Virus record (IMG/VR): IMGVR_UViG_3300017909_003024
Location: 1,991 to 65,990 of that record
Length of the DNA: 64,000 nucleotides
Reading direction: 5' to 3' (one strand)
Source: a virus
Part shown: positions 52,901 through 59,749 of the stretch, piece after piece
Layout of the letters: each line of letters opens with the position of its first letter
How positions within the stretch are numbered: the stretch's first letter is position 1
Translations under genes and position numbers: made by a program
The notes under the pieces: generated by a model
What the model was told of the DNA's origin: nothing
The model's database searches: none
What the model saw: only the letters and a program-made list of their open reading frames with translations

Positions 52901-53796
52901 CCATTTATTTCTATTACCGATGATGTAATTACTATATCTTGATTTAATTTGTTTTCATTATAATATTTTGCTGGTGCTTTATCAGCATCTAAATATCTAA
53001 GTTTAAAAATTACAGGAGTGTCACGTCTTATACTTCTTGGTATTGGCATTTTAAAAGTATGTGATATTGGATTTAATCCATCAATCGAACCAGTATCTTC
53101 TATTTCAAATCTAGATGTAGGTCCTTCAACAGGATAAGTGTTTAATAAATTAAATGTATCACTTTGACTTCCTGTTTCTTGATAAGACAATTCTATAAAA
53201 CTTACCTTACCACCATGAGTTTGCATAAAAGATGAACTTACATTTATGTATCCACGAGAATAACCTGGTTTTAAATCTTCTTCTTGTGTTTCTGTAAAAC
53301 TAGCACTGGCTTCTAATGATGGAACATCGTAAAATATTATCTTAGATGTATTTGGAAAAGATTTACGAATATTGTATGTAAAGGTTGATCTTAAATTGTA
53401 TGTATCTTCAAATTCTTCTGGTACACCATCAAGTTCACCAACTACATATAAAGTTAAAGGACCATCAGCAATTTCTTGAGCAATCCAAAGTGGATCTTTT
53501 TTAATCCAAATATAACCAGTAGCAGCACCACTTACATCTGGTATGTCTGATAGTTCTGAAAATACAGTTTCACCATTAGCATCAACAAACTCAAATAATA
53601 TTCCTGTGCCATTTTTTAGTAGTAAATCACTATTGGTAGGATCATTATATGCAATAGTAAAACCGTGTTTACCATAACCTATAGTTTGAGCAAGGTTACC
53701 AATGGTAAAATAACTAGTGTCATTTATAGGTGTATCTAAAAAGACATCTAGATTTCCTAAACCTAGTCTTTGAGTGTACTTTTCTTGTATTGGCAT
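43909..53796 (-). CDS. Giant (3295 aa) tail fibre/tail-tip protein
   Basis: Repeated IEISSSNFHL / GxIGGFxI / FGxTTTIG beta-helix-like units, GWRISS.GNGEAEFENATIRG domain, Ala/Ser coiled-coil segment. Confidence 0.7.
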   Translation of the reverse strand: MPIQEKYTQRLGLGNLDVFLDTPINDTSYFTIGNLAQTIGYGKHGFTIAYNDPTNSDLLLKNGTGILFEFVDANGETVFSELSDIPDVSGAATGYIWIKKDPLWIAQEIADGPLTLYVVGELDGVPEEFEDTYNLRSTFTYNIRKSFPNTSKIIFYDVPSLEASASFTETQEEDLKPGYSRGYINVSSSFMQTHGGKVSFIELSYQETGSQSDTFNLLNTYPVEGPTSRFEIEDTGSIDGLNPISHTFKMPIPRSIRRDTPVIFKLRYLDADKAPAKYYNENKLNQDIVITSSVIEINGSPMIIEQEDNLLAGSMYTGQAVGKGFEQSGKSSAYLKTVDYQGFASASQGLAPGGVMFFSGSVLTSSGDDYDGVGLELFADTESFLRFRSNPSELDIRAKAFFVGSRSTQFISASGGVIEISSSNFHLQPDGDVSMAGTIEAADGKIGGFHISESRINSANEKIILKASGQISASSLLLASGSFVIDADNLSRFGSDDFQSFVMVENTGVIMQTSNFNLNTARFIISSSDVGVMAVGSTPPTEFNSGKGFYVDGDGNLLIGDSQGPRIQFDGFDTIISSSNFFLGSGQQFVSGSLGNIEISSSNFHLDANGNVSMAGTITATAGEIGGFSVSADALSSTNFFISGAATGAELFISSSGFSVDAQGVVSASDLSLQGGDVGGLTIAEGTVSVGEILKLKDSGQITGSQVLFTGGKIASFNLSDDAFSTDSFFISSSATDNDMFISSSNFNVKASGDITGSNVLFTGGKISGSNLTMEVPTFFLGSPSQFVSGSSGNIEITSSNFHLDTDGTVRMSGTITATAGKIAGWTISGDTLVGNNATLDGAGAALFRSDAGPDTDNSAAFDILRDEYYIDFSPADQGNTKNYYVKFGPNFAVDTDGVLFASGAQFEGTVSASKGIIGGFTTDGSSFSDNNGQIFISGSPAVGGIDHPKYMFISSSNFNVKQNGDVTGSQALFTGGKVGGWVMTDSTLTGGVVTLNSAGSIEVGGLSDATTTATTNSGFFADSSGNVLIKGNVSDNDYLKISAGGGIDIRSQVFDLDAGTLVIDSATRNGTIALGATPNVNIDGTNAGVYMNGLGDFLVRVDANNFIKVDQDATVKLDMKAESFFLGGTSQFVTGSNGNIAISSSNFHLDTAGNVNMSGTVTATAGKIAGFTISGNSLTATNFEIDASGKRITLGDAASTDLFVADADEGIQLGNNTFGLAPFSVTKAGVLKAVAGTIGGYGISATAISSSNDNLILKNSGQITGSTVLFTGGKVGGFGITSTHITSSNLLFDSANSKLVVGSANKITIQGGGTDNFITMGSKTAFAQSSTAGIILGMDNNVPSFDLTRNATNYVRFDTSTGVDIKTDTFKLDTATLDIDSSTSRIQVVNGSSNEVIRFGEISDSASDLYGLKVYDGSGTADSNTLVKLGGEGNTIGGWTITNDQIQSDNLIIHSSGRLETADFASGVKGWRISSIGNGEAEFENATIRGTLSTAVFEKETVNAVGGQLYVANSTALTGSGQISASFDTMSVVNVSGFVAGEILSLKKVTETGFTTEYVLVNSASRDDDSSDTNFAGKLMVTRGYGSGSLGDSGSLGGTPANSQSYEPGQVIVSTGKVGTGYIRLNANPNDQATPYMDIVERTGVGIYDVELKTRVGDLSGLSSATLFGNANPGFGIFTENGFFKGGINATTGSFTGVVHINTSASEIMKLGTNVDSTNDGIHINNNNYWYTDSQFKVGDANSFILHDGAGDIKIVSENFTLKGGSKLLMTTQSLAFDTSNASTATRTAGTGIFMSSSGDFRVGNASGNRLTFSGTSLELVTSDLNIDTSTFDLSTDGTGKIALGATPPTDISSGTGFFVDGAGNFLAGNASGNFIRFNQSSGAVQVAGEITIAAGSTSEVDFGAGAAASASVASASAAAAEVSASVAQISASVAQAIANDAVASASEASSSAVTATAAASTAQAAIDTMETQVVLNSGGMDLRNNSNLNLVSYGVNTKFFDGVGDDDGNMKLRLNTDGVFAFANHTGSFARFYNEGIQIVSGGVERAKFAETTTIGNPSFEHVEITSASLKLKGGANGNTVRLSMDADGMQIGSVSNGITLNASGDATFNGAITISPSDLPDGTVSGSAQLADAISGSSAPASASAAAMATQVVLDSNGMSLKSQDTSKTLASFGTTVTIGENADDKSRVFIDDNSVDLIVDSGGTDTTFASFGATTTVGNTSAEHVSIDSDSVDIIQDSNNKAVLDASGLTISQSGAGVAKFAGTTTIGNTGAEHLLLNTSGLAIKDGTSTRASLLNTGVTLNGASTNDQMIVNSSGVQLKQGGTVRTTLASNKVTIGKSDDNRIEITDTAFSLFEGSTEKIAINSSDVRVKFDDNNYAMMDANSFDVVLNGKTSASFGTTTTIGSTDSAHTFIDSGSFKLKDGSNERLIMDANGIRMGSQFSVAADGTATFGGTLTIGNLVSSSAQLADAISGSSNAVSASLAEQTAQQLVDSASVASAVQITSDGLNILRADNGSELASYGATTTIGSTSGEHISISSDAFEIKTDANTTVLSASSAGLEMQGTVRATAGEIGGFEIEPKALKKSVFTDGQLTASVTLSPDTGSHNSLLFRMNAIRNNGNATLYELVNTKPANDSTMIENFGRVQGNFRELGDFHDRSETRDLSGDVITTSIASGSFMQRIYFPQGSDSALPGKVEQRMVSQESGSRSRIIQSVESLGLGQTHARLFFDGHTGAVSASNQIFTSTGNLAQTTATPQRNGKGIVIDSFGAIGAPGEAIPGVFMGSTGSYFRYMGRDGADVLQISSSNFILDAGSLLTPKLEIEGKVTATSGDIAGYEILPEGFRKTETLTGSVKKNITLSPSTGSKDLAMIKLSSIKAPKLNLFEVVQGRFTTTPQQTIFGAFNGNGLNAGAHNDAVWDDIGYLDSTIPEQRDFSNVTGSYIKIINDADNTATTFGVIAQNIGLSPSVNLDAGASTIGGNDGVASAMYIGGYEGAISSSFQGLSSAYGSGKGVVADALVFNGETVSGFFAGLGRADGNNMESYIAYSGRSSENGIVIKLGNHLQIQHAPGTSATDAAGHFSFNLSGSANTTNIRNVNTGSFKHVTVHNLKVEDRTPAHDFAGYGPGAQGWHYTQWSHNHSITVSTSQIFLPWNDNTEQTAMIVNGRPTSAYLSPFAMELQRICWRFSGVTDGTPNITWRLHTIANGSSTVVEAAQADFTSTMSANTYYEVVRSDFTQYDMDEETPPDVSANSLVGLSYQSSGAIHSLTSQNIYVTSVWKVNYIGNIRGQGN

Positions 53797-53807
53797 ATCG
53801 ATTCCTA

Positions 53808-53822
53808 TATAAATATAAATAT
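53808..53822 (-). promoter_or_regulatory. Two overlapping ATATTTATA motifs at the head of the tail-gene block
   Basis: Plus-strand tataaatataaatat lies between the SbcDC gene and the 3295-aa gene. Confidence 0.62.
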
Positions 53823-53840
53823 TTAGGAATCTTGATTATG

Positions 53841-56800
53841 TCAAATATAGGTCACATTAGAGTGTTTATCTGATTTATTGATAGGTAACAGATAGTCCAT
53901 GAAGTCTTTTATGGTATCTAAGTGAGAAATAATGAAAACCGAATTGAATCTTGTCTTCAAGTAATCAAAAGCACCTTTCATATTTGAGAGATTATCGGTA
54001 TCCAATGTGCCAAAACCCTCGTCTATAACGAGAAAGTTAGGACTTGGTAGGTTAGAAACATTGATCAAACCAACACGAAGTGCGAGAGAAGATACGAACT
54101 TTTCCATACCTGATGAGAGAGATAATGGCCATTCTTGGTTGTCGTATCGTATATATAGATTTATGTTCTTATCTTCATTTGTTATACCTAAATGAAATCC
54201 TGCCATCATATGATCTAACACTGTATTGACTTCATTCTCAATTACAGGTAAAGCATCATTGATGATTAATCTTGGAATACCATCTGAACTAACTAATCTT
54301 AGATATAATTCATAATCCAATACCTTTTGTTCAGCATCCACTAAGTCTTTGATCTCACTGTCTAAATTCTTTTTATTTGTTTTGTTCACCAATATATGAT
54401 TTTCAATAGTCTGTATACCTCTGATAACAATATCATATGAACTTTTACTTTTATCCAATGTTGATTGCAATACTTCTATCTTGTCATTGATCTTATCATT
54501 GAACTCTAGAGCAGATTGATACTCCTCATATAGTTTATTTTGTTCGTAAATCTTTTCTAAGTCTTTTTCTAAACTTAACACCAATGCTTCTAATTCTTTC
54601 ATTTTAGCCTGTGTTTTGTAAGCATCGTTTTCAACTTGTTTTAAGTCTTCTTTTAACTCTTGATATCTAGCCCTATCTCTGTTTATATCACCAAAACTTT
54701 TTATATCTTTTTCACAATTATGCTTATCCGATAAGATTTTTTGTAAATCTAATTTACAATCTGTTATCTCACTTGTCAATGATTTTGTTTTTTCAATGTG
54801 CCATTGACTATTCTTCACACAATACTCACAATCTTTGTCAAACTCATGATCTTGTGCTTCTTCTAAAGATTCCTCTAAGTGTTTTATTTGTGTTTCCCTT
54901 ACATTAATATCAGCTTTGATTTTTGTCAAATCTTCTTTTTTCTCTTTATACTTTTCGTAATTATGCTCTAAGGTTTCTTCATCAAATTCTTTTATTTTAT
55001 TATAGATGTTGTTATACAATGGTCTGATATCTTCTCTGTATTCTTCTTCGGATTCCAATAGTTGTTGCTGTCTTTCTAATTCTTGTTCTTTTTTTATTTC
55101 AACAGATTCATCAACCTGATCTACACCACTTGGAACATATTTCAACTTTGATTTCAGATTATCAATCTGTTGTTCTAACTCACTTATCTCTACCTCAAAT
55201 GGCTCTACCTCTTTATCAAGTTTTTCTTTTTGTTCTTCATATCCTTGTAGTTCCTTTTGTAATTTAGATAATTGACCAAAAACATCCTTGTCCTTTACCT
55301 TTCTCAAGTATGCTCGTTCATCGGCTACATCATGTTTAGCAATATCAAATAATTTGTCAAACAAATCAATACCCATGAATTGACTCAGAATCTTTTTTCT
55401 TTCAGCTTGTTTCTTATCAACAAAGTTCTGACCATTGTTTTGTAATGATAATGATGTCAATATAAAATCGTCAAACGTTCCTAATATCTTTCTTATTTCT
55501 TCATTTGTACCAGTTCCATATTGTGAGTTATTACGAGCAGCTCCACTGAGATCGATCAACTCACCATTCTCTTCCATATAAAACTTAACTGAAACAGGAC
55601 ATAATTTAGTAACTACACCAGTAGCACGTTTTGTCTTAACCTTTAGATTACCTACTCGATGTATAATATAGTCCTCACCATTTACTTCCAAAGACAACTT
55701 AACTTCAAAATATTTTGACTCATTGTTCAATACCTCAATAGCTCTAATGGTTCTACTACATACATCAAATATCGTATAGGCTATGATGTCAATCAGTGCT
55801 GATTTACCACTATGATTAGGAGCAACAACACCAACCACACCATTGAGTTTAGTAAAATCTATTCGATTGTTTTTACCATAACTAAACATATTATCAAACT
55901 CAATGTACTTTAATTTCCAATCTACATTTCGTGGTAAAGCATTGGTAAGTCCAATTGATGAATTAGTTAATTCATTTATGTCAAATAATCTTTGTAAAGT
56001 TTTGTCATCTATATTTGGTTGTTCTACCTTTGCTAGTTTTTCAATTAATTTATTCTGTACTTTAAGATCATGTATATCTTCAATAGATATTTTAGTTTTA
56101 CTTTCGTTTAACTGTCCTTCAATAGAATCTATTTTTTCCGTAACAATTGTCTTTATGTCTGTATATTTTTTACGAAGATTCAGTTCAATTAATCTTAATT
56201 GTTCAGCAGTAGTATCTTTGTGTTTTATCTTTATATTACCATATTTAGGTACAAAATTCATTCTACTTTTTATATCACCATCTTCAACCGTAATGGTTTT
56301 AAATCCATGATCATTTTCTACTTGAACAAAACTAGCCTTACGTTTCTCTACATCCCATAGTAAAAAACCATGTTCAGGTGCTTCAGCAAAGTTCTGTTGA
56401 ATCAATGAGCCTGGATAGGCTATGGTTTCTTTATCATCTAAGAATTGTCTCTTATGTATATCACCCAATAACACCATATCATAACCATCAAAGTCAATAA
56501 CATTTACATGTTCATCACTCATCACCAAACCAGTGTCAACTTGAAAGTTACCAACCCCACCATGATAAATACCAATCTTGTGATCACCATCTATGTCTTT
56601 TGCTCGTGGTATATTTTTAGCATTTGGTTTACCATCTTTGGTCATATCAAATACAGAAAGGTGTCCGAAGTGACATCCACCCATTTCATACACAACCGTT
56701 TTCTTCCAAAAGTGTATTCGTGGATTTATCTGTTGAACCAAATCAATAATTGGAGACAACACATCCTCTCGTGATTTGTTATTTAAATTACAATCATGGT

Positions 56801-57047
56801 TACCAGGTATTACCAATAAATCAGATATGTCAGCAAGATTTAAAAAGAACTCAGCCACCATTCTGATTTCTTCAGGTGATGTATCAAGTTTTCCATGTAC
56901 AACATCACCACCGATGTAGATTAAATCAGGTTTTATACTTTTTAATTTTTCATACAGATTGTCAAATACATCTCTGTACTCATTGAATCTATGTAATTTT
57001 CTGATATGAATATCAGCTAAATGTGCTATCTGTTTTATATCACCCAT
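53841..57047 (-). CDS. Fused Mre11/SbcD nuclease - Rad50/SbcC ATPase (gp47-gp46-like)
   Basis: HLADIH, GGDVVH, PGNHD, GDIH phosphoesterase motifs; APNHSGKS Walker A, coiled coil with CEYC hook, LSSGME signature, LVIDEGFG Walker B, IISH. Confidence 0.92.
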   Translation of the reverse strand: MGDIKQIAHLADIHIRKLHRFNEYRDVFDNLYEKLKSIKPDLIYIGGDVVHGKLDTSPEEIRMVAEFFLNLADISDLLVIPGNHDCNLNNKSREDVLSPIIDLVQQINPRIHFWKKTVVYEMGGCHFGHLSVFDMTKDGKPNAKNIPRAKDIDGDHKIGIYHGGVGNFQVDTGLVMSDEHVNVIDFDGYDMVLLGDIHKRQFLDDKETIAYPGSLIQQNFAEAPEHGFLLWDVEKRKASFVQVENDHGFKTITVEDGDIKSRMNFVPKYGNIKIKHKDTTAEQLRLIELNLRKKYTDIKTIVTEKIDSIEGQLNESKTKISIEDIHDLKVQNKLIEKLAKVEQPNIDDKTLQRLFDINELTNSSIGLTNALPRNVDWKLKYIEFDNMFSYGKNNRIDFTKLNGVVGVVAPNHSGKSALIDIIAYTIFDVCSRTIRAIEVLNNESKYFEVKLSLEVNGEDYIIHRVGNLKVKTKRATGVVTKLCPVSVKFYMEENGELIDLSGAARNNSQYGTGTNEEIRKILGTFDDFILTSLSLQNNGQNFVDKKQAERKKILSQFMGIDLFDKLFDIAKHDVADERAYLRKVKDKDVFGQLSKLQKELQGYEEQKEKLDKEVEPFEVEISELEQQIDNLKSKLKYVPSGVDQVDESVEIKKEQELERQQQLLESEEEYREDIRPLYNNIYNKIKEFDEETLEHNYEKYKEKKEDLTKIKADINVRETQIKHLEESLEEAQDHEFDKDCEYCVKNSQWHIEKTKSLTSEITDCKLDLQKILSDKHNCEKDIKSFGDINRDRARYQELKEDLKQVENDAYKTQAKMKELEALVLSLEKDLEKIYEQNKLYEEYQSALEFNDKINDKIEVLQSTLDKSKSSYDIVIRGIQTIENHILVNKTNKKNLDSEIKDLVDAEQKVLDYELYLRLVSSDGIPRLIINDALPVIENEVNTVLDHMMAGFHLGITNEDKNINLYIRYDNQEWPLSLSSGMEKFVSSLALRVGLINVSNLPSPNFLVIDEGFGTLDTDNLSNMKGAFDYLKTRFNSVFIISHLDTIKDFMDYLLPINKSDKHSNVTYI

Positions 57048-57951
57048 ATAATTTTGCCTGTATTGTGTCTGAAAAACTTGAAGATAGTGTCTGTTCTATC
57101 AGAGCACTCATCTTGTCAAATCCCAAGTCATTCGGATCTTTATCCTTTGGTAGATTTACGACTTTACTATCTATACCAAAGTCACTGAAAAACTCACCTA
57201 ACATGTAGGCTTCTTTTCTAGCATCATCGTCTAATGCTATGTAAATTGTCTTACATCTTTTCTGAAATATTTTCATCAATAATTTTTTTGGTGGTTTCTT
57301 ACCAAACATAGGAATGGCATTTCTTCGTATTGACATGGCATCAAATACACCTTCACATAGAACAATTGGTTTTGACCATGCTGTATGATAATCAAATCCA
57401 ACCACATCTTTAGATACATTTGGATTCTTATACTTCATACCACTTTCCATATACGACCTACCTACAAAGTAATTCAATATACCATCTTCATCGTGACTTG
57501 GTACAATCACTCTGTGCTGATATAAACCATCCTCACAAAAACCTATTTTATATTTTTTAATATCATATTTTGTAATACCACGATCTGTTAGAAACTTTAG
57601 AGCATGTCCTTGATACAGAGACTTTGACCTAATCCACAAAGGTTTGTAATGCCTTGGTAGAACAACAACTTCTTTCTTCTCTACATCTGTGGTCTCAGGT
57701 ACAAAAAAGATATCCTTGAGTTCACCATATAACTCTCTACTAACATTGAGTTTCTTGAACAAAGAGTATATAGAATGTCCACCATTGTTAGATACCCAAC
57801 AATGCCACTTCTGTGTAGATACATTAATCTGTAACTTAGGTTTATAATGAGAAACAAACGGTGAGTAAAACATATACTCATTTGGTTTTGTTAGTTTCTT
57901 ACCTCTACTGTTTAATGCTCTTTCTAATAGATTTACAACTTTATCACTCAT
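57040..57951 (-). CDS. DNA primase-like protein (Toprim)
   Basis: RGIT...IGF, YFVGRS, KYKNP, CEGVFDA, IALDDDA, KDPND. Degenerate N-terminal zinc ribbon. Confidence 0.85.
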   Translation of the reverse strand: MSDKVVNLLERALNSRGKKLTKPNEYMFYSPFVSHYKPKLQINVSTQKWHCWVSNNGGHSIYSLFKKLNVSRELYGELKDIFFVPETTDVEKKEVVVLPRHYKPLWIRSKSLYQGHALKFLTDRGITKYDIKKYKIGFCEDGLYQHRVIVPSHDEDGILNYFVGRSYMESGMKYKNPNVSKDVVGFDYHTAWSKPIVLCEGVFDAMSIRRNAIPMFGKKPPKKLLMKIFQKRCKTIYIALDDDARKEAYMLGEFFSDFGIDSKVVNLPKDKDPNDLGFDKMSALIEQTLSSSFSDTIQAKLYG

Positions 57952-58447
57952 ACAGAGCACACACTAAAGCATCATAACTATCCATGTTTCTTTTATCCCA
58001 CAATCCTGTTGGTGTTAATTTAACATATTCGTCTAAAGAATACAAGCAATTTATTTCTTCTTTTACAAAATCTTTTGCTGACTTACCCTTTACACGAGAT
58101 TTACCAAATAACTTTTTACGAGCCGTCATTGGATTCACACCCTTTACAATCTCCCCATAGGCAAATTCTAAACAGTAAACCAATACAGCATTGAACTTTG
58201 CTAACTTTACTATTGTTTGTTGTGATGTTCTACCACGCATAAAACCAGATAAACTATCCTCAATGTATATTTGTTCAACTTTATTGAAAGGATCAATTGT
58301 TGTTATCTCTTTCATAGTTAGTTCAACTTTATCTCGAATCGTTTCTTCTTTTTGAATGGGTATGAATCCCATTGTAACTATTTCTTTGCCGTCTACAAAA
58401 GCATAACCAACTGTTGTTGTAGAGGCATCCAAGCCTAATTTTTTCAA
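57944..58447 (-). CDS. RuvC-like Holliday junction resolvase
   Basis: LGLDASTTTVGYA, IYIED, TARK, DSYDALVCA acidic tetrad. Confidence 0.8.
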   Translation of the reverse strand: MKKLGLDASTTTVGYAFVDGKEIVTMGFIPIQKEETIRDKVELTMKEITTIDPFNKVEQIYIEDSLSGFMRGRTSQQTIVKLAKFNAVLVYCLEFAYGEIVKGVNPMTARKKLFGKSRVKGKSAKDFVKEEINCLYSLDEYVKLTPTGLWDKRNMDSYDALVCALYE

Positions 58448-58836
58448 TAAATGTTTTTCCTGTTTATTCTCAGGTAATCTTTAGCCATCTTACGACCATA
58501 CTTTTCAGCTTTCTTTTCATAGTAATTATCATCATGAGCATCACCACCTCTTTGAACTGCCTTGTTCATTTCCATCTCGTATGCTTTCTTATACTTTTCC
58601 TTACCCATTCGTTGAGCATCTTTGGCATGGTCAATCTCATGAAATACTGTAACTAAAAAATCTTTGAATCTTGATGTTGGTTTGATACGAATCGTATCAT
58701 CATCCACATTATAATCGGCTTTATTATTACCTGTGTTTATAAATTTTACTTTTGATTTCAACCCAGCTTTCTTTACTAACTCAGTTGCTATATGTTGAAA
58801 ATCCACCCTTTCTAATAATATATCCATTAGTTTCAT
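58444..58836 (-). CDS. HEXXH zinc-metallopeptidase-like protein
   Basis: TVFHEIDHAKD plus a distal E (YYEKKAE). Likely start MKLMDILLE at 58836 (58842 also possible). Confidence 0.65.
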   Translation of the reverse strand: MKLMDILLERVDFQHIATELVKKAGLKSKVKFINTGNNKADYNVDDDTIRIKPTSRFKDFLVTVFHEIDHAKDAQRMGKEKYKKAYEMEMNKAVQRGGDAHDDNYYEKKAEKYGRKMAKDYLRINRKNIY

Positions 58837-58840
58837 ACTC

Positions 58841-58848
58841 ATAAATAT
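58841..58848 (-). promoter_or_regulatory. Putative phage late promoter motif ATATTTAT
   Basis: Immediately upstream of the HEXXH gene. Confidence 0.45.
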
Positions 58849-58875
58849 ACACAAAAAATATATAAAAGTCAATGA

Positions 58876-59304
58876 TTATATTTCACCAATTACCTTTTGA
58901 TTATACGATGGGCTATCTAAATCAGTATCTTTTACAACAATTCTTTTTGTGTTTTCGTCATCATCCCAATAGTATGTAAATGGTTTCTTGTTGCTGTTGT
59001 AAGGTAAGTCCCCACTGAACAACATATCAGGCGTTCTACCATCACCTAGTGTTGTCTGACGATATGTAGTATTCAACAAACTATCAGATGGAACTTGTGG
59101 AAAATGTGGATCACCTGACATATGGTTGTCATAATAATATTGTAAAAATGTATCTTTTATTATTTCCATGTTTGATATGTTTACTTGGAATTGAGTTTCA
59201 GCAACCACCCTATGAAAAGTGGGGATAGCCGTTCCCAGCAATATCCCCACTAAAGCGATGGTTACAACCAACTCTATCAGAGTAAATCCGTTAGAGTTTT
59301 TCAT
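58876..59304 (-). CDS. Type IV pilin-like protein (class III signal peptide)
   Basis: MKNSNG^FTLIELVVTIALVGILLGTAIP, with a GGAG RBS. Confidence 0.88.
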   Translation of the reverse strand: MKNSNGFTLIELVVTIALVGILLGTAIPTFHRVVAETQFQVNISNMEIIKDTFLQYYYDNHMSGDPHFPQVPSDSLLNTTYRQTTLGDGRTPDMLFSGDLPYNSNKKPFTYYWDDDENTKRIVVKDTDLDSPSYNQKVIGEI

Positions 59305-59313
59305 AATCAACTC

Positions 59314-59739
59314 CTATAGACTAGCTCTTGATCCCAAAGTTCCCACAGCAGCATTATCGCCTGTTTGTGTTCCCTCATCGTATTGCCAAGACACACGAGT
59401 GTTGTCACTTCTTTGATGTGTGATTTTCTTACTAGTGGTATTGTATGTCCACTCTCCATCAACATCAGCATCATCTGTGTCTGTAGTGTGTCCAGCAGGT
59501 TTAGTATCTAGAGCATCGAATGGATTTGTAGGCCATGATTTCCTACCATTGTCCATTAGTTGTTCGACAGCATAAGTTTCTAAACCAGCTTTTATAGAGT
59601 TAATTACCGCATCTTCAGCAGCCTCATGGGCTTTTGTAACTGTTGTCATATATCTCGGTATGGCAACAGCAGCTAAGATACCTAAAATAATTGTAACCAT
59701 GATTAATTCGATTAATGTAAATCCTTTCTGGTTCAACAT
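59314..59739 (-). CDS. Type IV pilin-like protein (major pilin/MshA-like N-terminus)
   Basis: MLNQKG^FTLIELIMVTIILGILAAVAIPRY. Real start 59739 with GGAG RBS. Confidence 0.92.
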   Translation of the reverse strand: MLNQKGFTLIELIMVTIILGILAAVAIPRYMTTVTKAHEAAEDAVINSIKAGLETYAVEQLMDNGRKSWPTNPFDALDTKPAGHTTDTDDADVDGEWTYNTTSKKITHQRSDNTRVSWQYDEGTQTGDNAAVGTLGSRASL

Positions 59740-59749
59740 TTTAGTTCTC

